NCBI GenBank assembly: GCA_938024995.1
Contig: CALJDU010000038.1
Span: 43,509-107,508 of the forward strand
Direction of reading: 5' to 3'
Length of the DNA stretch: 64,000 bases
Origin: an uncultured bacterium
GTDB taxonomy: Bacteria; Myxococcota_A; Polyangia; Polyangiales; Houyiibacteriaceae
Both the position numbers and the translations under genes were made by a program. Positions within the stretch are counted from its first letter, which is position 1, and every line of letters starts with the position of its first letter. Under the pieces are notes generated by a model. That model ran no database searches. It was given only the letters and a program-made list of their open reading frames with translations, and was not told the DNA's origin. This document shows positions 32,072 through 42,440 of the stretch, piece after piece.

Positions 32072-33331
32072 GTGAACCACGCCGAGCCACAGGAACGTCT
32101 CGGGTCGACCATCGGCGGCTACCTATTGGAGTCGATCGTTGGCGTCGGCGCGACCGGTGTCGTCTTCGAGGCGACGCGGGACGGTCTACCTGATCCGGTC
32201 GCGCTAAAGGTCCTCTCACGCGGCTTCGGTGAGATCAGTGGTCTCAAGGAGCGGTTCGTCCGAGAAGCGCGCGCCCTTCGGCGGCTGCGACACGAGAACG
32301 TCGTTGAGGTGATCGACTACGGCGTCGACGGCGACGACACGTTTATCGCGATGGAGCTCCTCGAAGGGGAGAGCTTGGAGGACGAGCTCGCCGGAAACGC
32401 GCTGGACCCCAAGCGCGCGGTCGCCATCGTCAAGGACGTGCTCCGCGGGCTGGCCGAAGCGCACGCTCAAGGGCTGGTCCACCGCGACCTCAAGCCCGCG
32501 AATGTCTTCCTCTCCATCGGCGCAGTGGCGGAGACGGTCAAGCTGCTCGACTTCGGCTTGGTCAAGTTCCTCTCGTCCGACATCTTCGAGGAGGAACACG
32601 AAGAGGGCGAAGAGGACGTCACGCTGACGCGTCGCGGGCGCGTCGTGGGCACGCCCGCGTACATGGCTCCCGAACAGGTCACCGGCACGCGCGTTGACGT
32701 CCGCGCCGATGTGTACGCCGCAGGTGTCTTGCTTTTCGAGCTGCTCGCCGACCGGCGCCCGTTCGACTACGACAGTCGCGACCGCGTCATGCGCGCGCAT
32801 CTGTTCGAGTCTCCACCCGGCATGATGGAATCGCGGCCGGGGCTGTGGGTCACGCCAGAGCTCGAGCTCACCGTCGCCCAAGCGCTCGCGAAGGATCCGC
32901 GGCATCGCTTCGCGAACGCGGAGGAGATGCTCAACGCGCTTCTCGCCTTGCCTGAAGACGCGACGCGGGTCGACGAAGCAGCAGACGTCGAGCGGCGCCG
33001 CGAACGAGAGCGCCCCGCGCCCGAGGTCATCACGGAGGAAGCGCGCCGTACGCTCGCGTCGCGCCGGCCCGCGACGCCACGCTCACCAGACGAAGACGGA
33101 GTCGGGACGGTGGATCTCACCGCGACGGACTCCACGGGAGAGGGCGCGCCCATTCACGACGCCGCGATCCTGGACGGCCTCGCGCGCGCGGCCGGTGACC
33201 CCGCAGATGGCGACCGCTACCCCGCCATGAAACAGAGCCCGCGCTGGCTGAGCGCGCTGGTCTGGTGCCTCGGCTTCGGCCTCTTGCTGGCGATCGTCGG
33301 CGCGGTCGGCTGGTCCACTCAGCTGCGCTAA
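32072..33331 (+). CDS. Ser/Thr protein kinase with C-terminal TM
   Basis: GVGATG, ALK, HRDLKPAN, DFG, GTPAYMAPE. Confidence 0.95.
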   Translation: MNHAEPQERLGSTIGGYLLESIVGVGATGVVFEATRDGLPDPVALKVLSRGFGEISGLKERFVREARALRRLRHENVVEVIDYGVDGDDTFIAMELLEGESLEDELAGNALDPKRAVAIVKDVLRGLAEAHAQGLVHRDLKPANVFLSIGAVAETVKLLDFGLVKFLSSDIFEEEHEEGEEDVTLTRRGRVVGTPAYMAPEQVTGTRVDVRADVYAAGVLLFELLADRRPFDYDSRDRVMRAHLFESPPGMMESRPGLWVTPELELTVAQALAKDPRHRFANAEEMLNALLALPEDATRVDEAADVERRRERERPAPEVITEEARRTLASRRPATPRSPDEDGVGTVDLTATDSTGEGAPIHDAAILDGLARAAGDPADGDRYPAMKQSPRWLSALVWCLGFGLLLAIVGAVGWSTQLR

Positions 33332-33420
33332 CCCCCTTCTGGTGCCGCCAGCCTCAGGGCTCGACGTCGCCGTCGAGGTCGCGCTCGACGTCCGCGCTTG
33401 ACTGAGTATGCTCGCCGCCC

Positions 33421-34845
33421 GTGTCCCGACTCGCTCAGCTCCGGCAACGCGCCGCGCTCCCCGCGCTGATCTTCGTCATCGCGTCGAGCGTCTACGTCGG
33501 CACCTCCGCGAAACGCGTCACGCATCCCCTCGAGGACAACCACTTCGTTCACCTCGCGAACTCGTTTCTTCATGGACGCCTCCACCAAGAGGGTCCCCCT
33601 CCTGGGCAGAACGACTGGGCGTGCTTCGACACGGTCGACCAAGACACGTGCCCAAACAACCGGTGGGCGTTCCCCGATCCCGAGCGGTATCGCTTCTACG
33701 TCTCGTTCCCTCCCTTTCCCGCGGTCGTCATCGCGCCCGCGGTCGCGCTCTTTGGGACCGGGCTCTACGATGGGCTCTTCTGGGCGATCCTCGCCGGCTT
33801 CGCGCCCGCGATCCTCTACATCCTCTTGCGGCACTTACGCGAGAGCGGTCGCTCGAAGCGTCGACGGCGCGATGACCTGTTGTTGGTCGCGCTCTTCGCG
33901 GTGGGCTCGGTCTACTACTTCACCGCGGTTCAAGGCGCGGTGTGGTTCAGCGCGCACGTCGTCGCGTGCTCTTTGCTCTTCCTCTATTTGCTCTTCGGGA
34001 TCGACGCGCGGCGCCCCGTGCTCGCCGGGCTGATGCTCGGGCTCTGCTTCATGACGCGGCCAACGACCGCCTTCCTCGCGATCTTTTTTGGAATCGAGGC
34101 GCTCCGCGTCTCCCGGCGGAAGGTCGCGCGCTCAAGCGAGACGTCTGAGGAAGACGAAGCGAGCGAGGATGACGATCGTGCGGACGAAGACGAGAGCGAA
34201 GAGACCAACCTCAACCTCGTCGCGTTCCTCCGCGCGGTTGACGTCCGCGCCGCGCTCGCGCTGATCATGAAGTTCAGCGCGCCGATCCTCGTTATCGGTG
34301 GCATCGCGATGTGGATGAACCAGGCGCGCTTCGCGGATCCCTTCGAGTTCGGGCACACCTACCTGCAGATCCGTTGGCGACCACGGATCGAGCGCTGGGG
34401 TCTGTTCAACTACCACTACTTCAGCAAGAACCTCGCGGTCTTCGCCGCGTCGCTTCCCTGGCTCAGCTCCGCGCGCCCCTTCATCAAGATCAGTCGTCAC
34501 GGCCTCGCGCTTTGGTTCACCACCCCGAACCTCCTCGCGGTCCTCTGGCCGAAGCGCGTCAGCTGGACGATGGTCGCGCTCTTCGTCGCCATCATCCCCG
34601 TCGCCTTGATGAACCTGATGTACCAGAACAGCGGGTGGATCCAGTTCGGCTACCGCTTCTCCCTGGACTATCTCCCGCTCGTCTTCGTGGCGATCGCCCT
34701 CTCGCGGCAGCGCTTCGGAAAACTCTTCTGGGCGCTCGCGATCTTCTCCATCGTGGTGAACACATTTGGCGCGATCACGTTCAACCGCGCGGGTGAGTTT
34801 TATGACGGCGATGGCTCGCAGAACGTTCTCTTTCAACCCGACTGA
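33421..34845 (+). CDS. Multi-pass membrane protein, GT-C-type glycosyltransferase-like
   Basis: Many TM helices; YVSFPPFPA loop, MTRP, NQARFADPFEFG, FGYRFSLD. Confidence 0.6.
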   Translation: MSRLAQLRQRAALPALIFVIASSVYVGTSAKRVTHPLEDNHFVHLANSFLHGRLHQEGPPPGQNDWACFDTVDQDTCPNNRWAFPDPERYRFYVSFPPFPAVVIAPAVALFGTGLYDGLFWAILAGFAPAILYILLRHLRESGRSKRRRRDDLLLVALFAVGSVYYFTAVQGAVWFSAHVVACSLLFLYLLFGIDARRPVLAGLMLGLCFMTRPTTAFLAIFFGIEALRVSRRKVARSSETSEEDEASEDDDRADEDESEETNLNLVAFLRAVDVRAALALIMKFSAPILVIGGIAMWMNQARFADPFEFGHTYLQIRWRPRIERWGLFNYHYFSKNLAVFAASLPWLSSARPFIKISRHGLALWFTTPNLLAVLWPKRVSWTMVALFVAIIPVALMNLMYQNSGWIQFGYRFSLDYLPLVFVAIALSRQRFGKLFWALAIFSIVVNTFGAITFNRAGEFYDGDGSQNVLFQPD

Positions 34846-34929
34846 GGGAGCGTTTCGGTTCCGCTAGATGTGAGCGAGACCGCCCAAGGGGTCGTTGCCA
34901 ACGCGCGCGATGCGACCCACCTTTAATCT

Positions 34930-35283
34930 ATGGCGAGTCGGAAGTTCACGATGCCCCGCGACCCGACGTTGCTCCCGCCGAGCGCGAGCCGAGAGCGACC
35001 GCTGGTCCCCGTCACCGATGCACGTGACGCTGCGGTCGAGAGCTTGACGAGCGCGCTCACCGCCGGAGGTCGACCCGCGCCGGGACGTTCTGTGGAACGC
35101 GTCGTCCGGAAGAAGCTCGAGATCATCGGCCAGTCTTTTGAGAACTGCACGATCGAAGCGCTCGCGAAGGCGCTCACCGAAACCGAGAAGATGTTCGGGC
35201 TGCAGTACTTGTCTCAAGCCGTCCAGCGGAACTACCGCGAGACGCGCGATCTCTTCCTTCAGAGCGCAGCCGCTGACAGCTAG
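34930..35283 (+). CDS. Hypothetical protein
   Basis: 117-aa ORF with host-like codon usage filling the gap. Confidence 0.55.
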   Translation: MASRKFTMPRDPTLLPPSASRERPLVPVTDARDAAVESLTSALTAGGRPAPGRSVERVVRKKLEIIGQSFENCTIEALAKALTETEKMFGLQYLSQAVQRNYRETRDLFLQSAAADS

Positions 35284-35448
35284 CGCAGCGCGCGATCGAA
35301 GTGAGAGACAGGTCTCGAAAGAGACCGCCAAAAAGAATGAACATCCCGTGACTCTCGGGCGACGTACTTGTGCGCCGTTTCCGCGCACTGACCCACTCTG
35401 ACCCAGGACTCTGTGACCTCATTCTTCGTAGAACGCGATCGATCAACG

Positions 35449-35464
35449 TGGCACGGAACTCGCT
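35449..35464 (+). promoter_or_regulatory. Possible sigma54 promoter
   Basis: TGGCACGGAACTCGCT: GG-N10-GC spacing, one mismatch (TCGC vs TTGC), just upstream of ATG 35479. Confidence 0.4.
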
Positions 35465-35478
35465 ACTCCAACCACTCG

Positions 35479-36321
35479 ATGCACGGGCGTCCAAACCTCT
35501 CTCTCCTCTCCTTGCTCGCCGTCATGTTGATGTCTGCGTGTGCGCCAGCCGGTCTCCTGCAGCCCGCGCGTCAGGTCCCCGAAGGTCGTCTCCAGGTCAC
35601 CACGCAAGCGAGCGTCACCCTCCCTTCCGGACTCGCGCGCGAGACGGTCGACGAGGCGCGCGCGGCAGACGAAAACATCAGCGGCACGTTGAACCGAAGC
35701 GAGCTGACGGAGCTCACCAACGCGATGAGCGGCTTGCTCTTGCACCCACCTGGCGGTGACGCGCAGCTCTCCCTCGCGTACGGCGCGAGCAAGCGAGTCG
35801 AGATCGGCGCGCGGGTCGGCGGCATGGGCGGCGGCGCGTGGGCGCGCTTTCAGTTTCTCCGGATGCGTCCCGGCATTTACGGCTCGTTCGGCATCAGCAC
35901 CCACTTCGCGTTCGCGGCCACCCCTATCGACCGCTTCACAGAAGACATCGAGGTCGGTCACGCGCGTCGTCAAGAACTCTCGTTCCCGCTCACGCTTGGC
36001 TACAGCCGACGCCACGTCCACCTGTGGGTAGGCGCGAGGGTGTCGCTCGCGCGTCACGACGCCGCGGCGACCGCTTGCGTCAGCGGTGACTGTGCGGAGC
36101 GAGCTGACATCGACCTAGACGCGCGGACGGCCTACTTCGGCGGCGAGCTGGGCGCGGCCTTTGGAACGGGCCGCTTCTGGTTCTCCTTCGGCCTGAGCGT
36201 CGGACAGATGCGGTCGCGTGCTCAGATCGATGCGGAGATGCTCGGCCGTCGCATGGAAGAGGAGATCAACCGACGCGGGCTGCTGCTTACGCCGTCGCTG
36301 GGTCTCATCTTCTGGATGTAG
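35479..36321 (+). CDS. Lipoprotein with outer-membrane beta-barrel-like domain
   Basis: Lipobox MSAC; alternating Gly/aromatic beta strands; aromatic-rich C-terminus. Confidence 0.65.
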   Translation: MHGRPNLSLLSLLAVMLMSACAPAGLLQPARQVPEGRLQVTTQASVTLPSGLARETVDEARAADENISGTLNRSELTELTNAMSGLLLHPPGGDAQLSLAYGASKRVEIGARVGGMGGGAWARFQFLRMRPGIYGSFGISTHFAFAATPIDRFTEDIEVGHARRQELSFPLTLGYSRRHVHLWVGARVSLARHDAAATACVSGDCAERADIDLDARTAYFGGELGAAFGTGRFWFSFGLSVGQMRSRAQIDAEMLGRRMEEEINRRGLLLTPSLGLIFWM

Positions 36322-36431
36322 CTGAGCGCGTTTGGAGCTCCAGAGCCGCGCGAAGCGCCTCCAGAAACAGCTCTGTCACGTTGGCCAAGCGTCGGATGGA
36401 CGTGAGCCCAAATGCGGAATAGACCGCCGGC

Positions 36432-38009
36432 ATGCGGCCCGCGCTCGCCCAAATCTGCCTCGCCTTCGCGCTTTGCGTTTCCGTGCTCGCCATGAGCGGC
36501 TTGAGCGGCTGCGCGGAGGGAAGCAACGGTACCCCTGACACCGGAGCGGTCGACACTGGCCCCTGGGACTCCGGGAACGACGAGGACACCAACGAGCCCT
36601 GCCGACCGCGAAACTGCGACGGGATGTGCGGCGTGATCGATGACAGCTGCGGCGGCGAGCTCGAGTGCACTTGTGACGCGCCAGAGACCTGCGGCGGCGC
36701 GGGCGTCGAAGGCGTCTGCGGATGCCCCGCGGCGACCTGCGAAGAGGACTCGTGCGGGACCGTGCCGGATGGGTGCGGGTTGCTGCTGAGCTGCGGTAGC
36801 TGTCCCGTCGGCACCTGCATCGACAACGTCTGCGTCTGTGAACCCGCGACCTGTCGTCCCGACCAATGTGGAACGCTCGATGACGGATGTGGCGGCATGA
36901 TCGAATGCGGCGGTTGCCTCGCGCCCGCGACCTGTGGCGGAGACGGCGAAGAGAACGTCTGCGGATGCACCCCGACGACCTGCGTCGCCGCGGGCGCCGG
37001 ATGCGGCGCGGTCGACGACACCTGCGGCGGGATGCTTGATTGCGGAGGCTGTGAAGCGCCGCTCACGTGCGGCGGCGCGGGAACCCCCAACGTCTGTGGA
37101 TGTCCGCGGAGCTCTTGTGAGGACCTAGGCGCGACGTGCGGAATGGTGCCGGACGGCTGCGGCGGCGAGATGTCGTGCGGCGTTTGCGCGGCGCCCGAGA
37201 CCTGCGGCGGCGCGGGCGTCCCGAACGACTGTGGCTGCACGCCGCGCACCTGCGCATCGCTCGGCGCGAACTGCGGCATCGTCGGCAACGGCTGCGGCGG
37301 CACGCTCTCTTGCGGCACCTGCGCCTCTCCTCAGACCTGCGGTGGCGGCGGGACCCCTCGCGTCTGTGGCTGCACGCCGCGTACCTGCGCGGACATCGGC
37401 GCGACCTGCGGCGCGCTGTCGGACGGCTGCGGCGGCTCGCTCTTCTGTGGCGCTTGCGTCGCGCCCGAGACCTGCGGCGGCGGCGCGCTCCCCAACGGCT
37501 GCGGTGCTCCCACGCCGGGCTCCGGCGACCTTGTCATCACGGAGATCTTGCGCGACCCGCTCGCGGTCAGCGACAGCGCAGGCGAGTGGTTCGAGCTCTT
37601 TAACGCGGCGGCAACCGGGCTCGACCTCGAGGGCTGCGTGATCACGGACCTGGGGCGCGATACCCACACCGTCACCGGGAGCCTCCTGGTCGAGCGCCGC
37701 GGTCGGCTCGTCCTCGCGCGAAACGCCGACGTCGCGATCAACGGTGGGGTCGACGTCGACTACCGCGTGAACGGTACGACGCTCGGCAATGGTGAAGACG
37801 AGATCATCATCACGTGCCGCGGCGTCGAGATCGACCGCGTCGTCTGGGACGCCACCTTCCCGGCTCCTTCGGGCGCGTCGATGACCCTGCGCACCGGAGC
37901 GCGCTCCGCTTCCGCGAACGACGACGCCGCGAACTGGTGCGCCGCCACCACCGTCTTCGGCGCCGGTGATCGCGGAACCCCAGGCGACCGCAACGACGCC
38001 TGTCCCTGA
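36432..38009 (+). CDS. Cys-rich repeat lipoprotein with C-terminal lamin-tail (LTD) domain
   Basis: Lipobox LSGC; seven ~45-aa 8-Cys repeats (C.P.TC...CG...DGCGG...CG.C..P.TCGG.G..N.CG); LVITEI..DP....D..GEWFELFN. Confidence 0.85.
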   Translation: MRPALAQICLAFALCVSVLAMSGLSGCAEGSNGTPDTGAVDTGPWDSGNDEDTNEPCRPRNCDGMCGVIDDSCGGELECTCDAPETCGGAGVEGVCGCPAATCEEDSCGTVPDGCGLLLSCGSCPVGTCIDNVCVCEPATCRPDQCGTLDDGCGGMIECGGCLAPATCGGDGEENVCGCTPTTCVAAGAGCGAVDDTCGGMLDCGGCEAPLTCGGAGTPNVCGCPRSSCEDLGATCGMVPDGCGGEMSCGVCAAPETCGGAGVPNDCGCTPRTCASLGANCGIVGNGCGGTLSCGTCASPQTCGGGGTPRVCGCTPRTCADIGATCGALSDGCGGSLFCGACVAPETCGGGALPNGCGAPTPGSGDLVITEILRDPLAVSDSAGEWFELFNAAATGLDLEGCVITDLGRDTHTVTGSLLVERRGRLVLARNADVAINGGVDVDYRVNGTTLGNGEDEIIITCRGVEIDRVVWDATFPAPSGASMTLRTGARSASANDDAANWCAATTVFGAGDRGTPGDRNDACP

Positions 38010-38041
38010 ACAAGGCGACCTAGCCGCCCTTCTCGTTCGCG

Positions 38042-39823
38042 CTAGCTCTCGTCGGGCGGACGAATCACGCTCGACCGCGCGGTGAGCGGGACCGACATGT
38101 CGGTACGGGACTCTTCCACTCCAGGCCTTGGGCCCGCGCGCGGGACCGTGACGACGAACGCCGCGCCGCCGCTCTTCGCGTCTTCCACAACGATCGTTCC
38201 GCCGTGGTCGTCGACAATACGGTGAACAACCGCGAGCCCGAGCCCGGTCCCGGTGGACTTGGTCGTAAAGTAGGGCTCGAAGATCCGCTCACGATCCGCC
38301 ATCGAGACGCCCGGGCCGTTGTCTTCGATGCGCACCTCGACGCGTTCGTTTTCGAGATCGCGCGCGCTCACGACCACCTCGGCACCGCGCCCGCCGTGCA
38401 CCGCGAGCGCCGCGTCTTGCGCGTTCTGGACGAGGTTCACGAGCACCTGAGTCAGCTGCTCACGGTCCGCGCGAATCGAGCCCGTGACCGCGAGGTCGGT
38501 CTTCAAAGAGACCTCCGGGTTCTGGTGAAGCGCCGCGACGTGACCGACCAGCTCGTCCACCGAGATGTCCCTCACCTTTGGCCGCGGGAGACGCGCGAAC
38601 TGGCTGAACTCGCTCACCAAGACCTTCATACGTTGCACCTCTTCGAGGATCGCGACGGTCGACTCCTCAAAGATCTCATCGAAGTCAGGGTGCTGCTTCG
38701 CGTAGGTCTTGCGCATCGTCTCGATGGAGACTTGGATCGGCGAGAGCGGGTTCTTGATCTCGTGCGCGACGAGCCGGCCGACGTCCCGCCAGGCCGCGAT
38801 CCGCTCCGCCCGGAGCGCGCGCTTCTGCTCTTTGGCGACGTGGTCCTTCGCGACCCCGAGCTTCCGCGCCATTGAGTTCAGCTCGCGCTGCAGTCGCCCC
38901 ATCTCGTCCCCGCGATGCTCGGTCACGGTCGACTCGAGATCACCCCCGCCGATCTTTTTGGCGAACGCGATCATCGCGTCGACATCGCGGGTGACGCGTC
39001 CAGCGAGGAACCAGCCGAGCAGAAACGCGATGCAGAGCCCGACCCCACCCGCGACCAGGGCCGCCCGCGTGATGCTCTGGCGCTGCGCCCCGAGCGCGTC
39101 TTCGTCTTCCGCGCTGATGAGGTAGAGGGCCGCGGACCCGTCGACGTGGTCGAAGCGCTCGATCACTTGGGTCGGGCTTGGCGGGTTCTCGACCAGGGAC
39201 AAGGTCAGCCCCGCCTCGAGACCCGAGAAGAGCGTACCGTCCGTGGAGAGCGCGCGGCCTCCGAGGAGACCGATCTGGACACCGTCGCGTCTCGGCGTCA
39301 CGCAACCGGAGAGGAGCGATCGTTGATCGGTGATGCTCCCGCGACGCACCCGCACGTCTTTCACGAAGGCGCTCCCCGGCGCCTCGCGCTCCAGCGCGTC
39401 CGCGAGCGACGGATCCCGCGCGCCGACGTGATCCGGATGATGCCCGGCTCCGAGGATCCGCCCACGGTCACTCCCAGAGAGCTGCACGATAAAGAGGACG
39501 TCGAACCGATAGGCCGCCATCCAGCGCGGCACCCGTTCGTGCATCGCTTGCTCACGCGCGGGACCGAAGCGGTCCGTCGCGATCTCGAGCATCAGTTGAT
39601 CGATCCGATCATCGTCACGACAAAGGCTCGCGAGCACTTCGCGGTCGTCCTCGAGACGGCGCGCGAGCGCATCGCTGACCCCGGCGTGACGCTCCGAGAG
39701 CAAGCGCGCTGCTTGCTCGCGCGCCTGCTCCAGGAAGACGTTTTGCGCCCAGTAGACCATTCCCGCGATCGGCACGAGCGCCGTGACGACGAGCGCGAAG
39801 AGCACTCTCCAGCGTAACCTCAT
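38042..39823 (-). CDS. NtrY-like HAMP sensor histidine kinase
   Basis: Two TMs, HAMP (DEMGRL..ELNSM), AHEIKNPL, NLVQNA, DNGPG, FTTK..GTGLGL. Confidence 0.93.
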   Translation of the reverse strand: MRLRWRVLFALVVTALVPIAGMVYWAQNVFLEQAREQAARLLSERHAGVSDALARRLEDDREVLASLCRDDDRIDQLMLEIATDRFGPAREQAMHERVPRWMAAYRFDVLFIVQLSGSDRGRILGAGHHPDHVGARDPSLADALEREAPGSAFVKDVRVRRGSITDQRSLLSGCVTPRRDGVQIGLLGGRALSTDGTLFSGLEAGLTLSLVENPPSPTQVIERFDHVDGSAALYLISAEDEDALGAQRQSITRAALVAGGVGLCIAFLLGWFLAGRVTRDVDAMIAFAKKIGGGDLESTVTEHRGDEMGRLQRELNSMARKLGVAKDHVAKEQKRALRAERIAAWRDVGRLVAHEIKNPLSPIQVSIETMRKTYAKQHPDFDEIFEESTVAILEEVQRMKVLVSEFSQFARLPRPKVRDISVDELVGHVAALHQNPEVSLKTDLAVTGSIRADREQLTQVLVNLVQNAQDAALAVHGGRGAEVVVSARDLENERVEVRIEDNGPGVSMADRERIFEPYFTTKSTGTGLGLAVVHRIVDDHGGTIVVEDAKSGGAAFVVTVPRAGPRPGVEESRTDMSVPLTARSSVIRPPDES

Positions 39824-41136
39824 CGCGATTCCCCGCTCGCGCTCCGGGAGACGTGAATCTCGCGCATCAACACGTGGTCGTGGTCGTCGCGACGAACCGC
39901 GCGCGCACGGCGATAGTGAAGGGTCTCCTGCCGAACGCCCAAGACCAGCGCGGACAGGCTCGAGGCACGTCGCGCCGCGTGACCCGTGCCGGCGAGGTTT
40001 CCACTCGCCAACGCTTCTGCCGCGCCTCGATCGCCCGCGAGGTCAAACGCGGTCGCGAGCAGCGCGACGTTCCCCGGGAGGCCCGGGACCACCGAGACCA
40101 ACGAGACGTCCGCCCGAGACGCCGGCCCGACCCGAAGGCGTACGCCCCGTTCATCGAGCTGCGCGCGGAGCGCCTCGACCACCCGCGCCATGAGCGGGTC
40201 ACCACGGTCGATCGCGATCACGATGGTCGCCGCGCCGGTCGCGCTCGTGCCGCCGAGCCCTGGGGGCGGGAGCTCGGGCGCCAATCGGTCCGTCGGAGCG
40301 AGACCCACGCGAGCCAAGCGGCGACGGTCGACCGACCGCGCGAGGATCGCGAGCGCGGGCCCTGACCGCTTCGCGACGATCATCAACGGCGCGCGCGTCA
40401 CCGTGACGCTCTCCGTCGTCTCCTCTTCGCCGCCGTACAAACGCGCGCCGAACCACGATCCGTCGATGCGCTGCAGCTCAAACTCACGCAGCGCGTCGCC
40501 CCGCGCCCTCGGTGCCGTCAGCAACACGCGATCAAGGTACGGTGCCCCGCGGGCCGCTCCACGAAAACCGCGAAGCTCGAGCTTCCCCTCGCGCATCCGC
40601 GCGCGAAACGAGCCAGTGCCGGCGGAGCCGAGCCGAATCGAGAGCGGGGTCGCGGCGAGGACGCGCGAGGGACGCGTGGTCCGGCTCGCCCCGATGCTCA
40701 AGGTCCGTGGCCCGGTAGCCTCGATGTCGAGGGAGCCGTCCGGGCGGCGAAGACCCGCCAACCAAAAGCTCGTCGACGTCTCTAGCGCCTCGAGCACGCG
40801 CTGCGCGGTGAGCGGTCGGCGGTCATGAAGCGTGAGCCCCTCGCGCAGGCGCACGGTGAAGCGCTCGCCTTCTCGTGCAGGGAGCGACTCGGCGAGAACC
40901 GGGACCGGGCGGAGCGACTCGTCCACATCGTAGAGCCCGTCGAAAATCGAGCGCGCGAGCGCCGCTTCAAAGGCGGTCCTCGGCGCGCGCGTATCCGGAA
41001 TTCGAAGCGCGGTGGACGCGGGCCAGCGAACCACGCCGCCATAGCCAACCGGGAGCGCCGCGCTCCCCTCGTCCACCGCGAGGAGCGGGACCACCGTCAC
41101 GACGATCGCTAGCGCAGCGATGAAGCGCGTCTTCAT
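39820..41136 (-). CDS. Family-5 (peptide/nickel) solute-binding-like protein
   Basis: Signal peptide, YGG, IFDGLY, PVLAES, LREG..LHD..PLTA, GTGSF, PYLDRV. Confidence 0.7.
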   Translation of the reverse strand: MKTRFIAALAIVVTVVPLLAVDEGSAALPVGYGGVVRWPASTALRIPDTRAPRTAFEAALARSIFDGLYDVDESLRPVPVLAESLPAREGERFTVRLREGLTLHDRRPLTAQRVLEALETSTSFWLAGLRRPDGSLDIEATGPRTLSIGASRTTRPSRVLAATPLSIRLGSAGTGSFRARMREGKLELRGFRGAARGAPYLDRVLLTAPRARGDALREFELQRIDGSWFGARLYGGEEETTESVTVTRAPLMIVAKRSGPALAILARSVDRRRLARVGLAPTDRLAPELPPPGLGGTSATGAATIVIAIDRGDPLMARVVEALRAQLDERGVRLRVGPASRADVSLVSVVPGLPGNVALLATAFDLAGDRGAAEALASGNLAGTGHAARRASSLSALVLGVRQETLHYRRARAVRRDDHDHVLMREIHVSRSASGESR

Positions 41137-42440
41137 TCGCGCGACTCACAACAAGAGACCACCCAGGCCCGCGCGCGTCCGCCGCCGCGGGGCTCCTCGA
41201 TCGCGACGAACGCCGCCGCACCGTCACCGTCCAGATCTCCCGCGTCCGCGAGAAGTACCGAACCTCCAACACCACCCGAGCGCCACACGGAGAGGATCAC
41301 TCCGTCCCTCCGGGCTCGCGTGATCATCAAGTGGTCGCCCTGCCCTTGTTCCGCGGCGGAGCTCGTGAGGATCTCTGCCCCGCCGTCGCGGTCCAGATCC
41401 GCGAGCGCGAGCGCCGCGCCGTGCCCCATCACGCCGGAGGGACGCTCGCCGACCACCACCGCCAAGCGACCGTGCGGCGTTACGATCGCTTCGACCGCCA
41501 CGCGATCCTCGGCGGCGCCGAACTCGCCGTGACGGCGTTGGTAAAACGACCCTTGCGCGCGCCTCGGCGCCGCGGCGCCTTCCCGCGGTTCCAGCGTCGA
41601 AGCGAAGTAGTCACGTCCATCGACCGGTCGCGCGCAAACATCGCCGAGCAGATGCGCCCCAGGCGGGCAGTCGGTCTCGTCCATGCGGAGCTCGAGCGCG
41701 CCTTCGTCCATTTGCGCCAAGAACGAAAAGGGACGTGATGAGAGCTCGATGATCAACCCGTTTGGGTGCGGAGCGGTCGTGCCGAAGATCCTCCGCCGAG
41801 GAACCGCGCGAGGCGTCGCTGGGAGCTCGCGGCGGGCGACACGCGCCAGTCGGTTCCCGGTCTTTCGATAAACCTCAACGTGCGCGCCTTCGTCGACCAG
41901 GACGAGCTCGTCTCGTCCGTCTCCATCGAGGTCACGAAGCCCGATGGCGACGTAGCCGCGGGAGCGCAGACGCATGGCGCGCGCGGTGACGTTGGTGTCG
42001 CTGATCAAGATGAGCGGGGTCGCCGGGCTCCGAGGCCTGCTCGGTTCCGTGTCGCCGTTCTCGACCTCTTCAGCGGGGGTTGCCGGCGAGCCCAACCCCA
42101 CGACCTGATGCTGCGTCACCCCCTCCACGCGCCACCGAGGAAGAAACGGCGCGTACCACCGAGGCGTCAATCGCTCCTCGGTGACCGTGACACGTGCGCC
42201 ATCACAGATGAGCGAGGCGCGCCGCGCGCCGATCGCCGCACGCGGCCCTTCGACTGACGCGAGTCCCGTACACGCCTCGGCGTCGATCGCCGTGAACTGA
42301 GCCCCGAGGTACCCACGAAACGCTTGGACGGAGTCATGCGAAACCGCGGGCTGACCCTGTGTGAGCCCCGTGGACACCAGCCCGGCACAGAGGAAAAGCG
42401 AAACGCCGAGCGCGCGCACCTTCGGCGTCTTCGCGCTCAT
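41133..42440 (-). CDS. Secreted FG-GAP/VCBS repeat protein
   Basis: Signal peptide; DLDGDGRDEL, DLDRDGGAEI, GDLDGDG. Confidence 0.75.
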   Translation of the reverse strand: MSAKTPKVRALGVSLFLCAGLVSTGLTQGQPAVSHDSVQAFRGYLGAQFTAIDAEACTGLASVEGPRAAIGARRASLICDGARVTVTEERLTPRWYAPFLPRWRVEGVTQHQVVGLGSPATPAEEVENGDTEPSRPRSPATPLILISDTNVTARAMRLRSRGYVAIGLRDLDGDGRDELVLVDEGAHVEVYRKTGNRLARVARRELPATPRAVPRRRIFGTTAPHPNGLIIELSSRPFSFLAQMDEGALELRMDETDCPPGAHLLGDVCARPVDGRDYFASTLEPREGAAAPRRAQGSFYQRRHGEFGAAEDRVAVEAIVTPHGRLAVVVGERPSGVMGHGAALALADLDRDGGAEILTSSAAEQGQGDHLMITRARRDGVILSVWRSGGVGGSVLLADAGDLDGDGAAAFVAIEEPRGGGRARAWVVSCCESRE

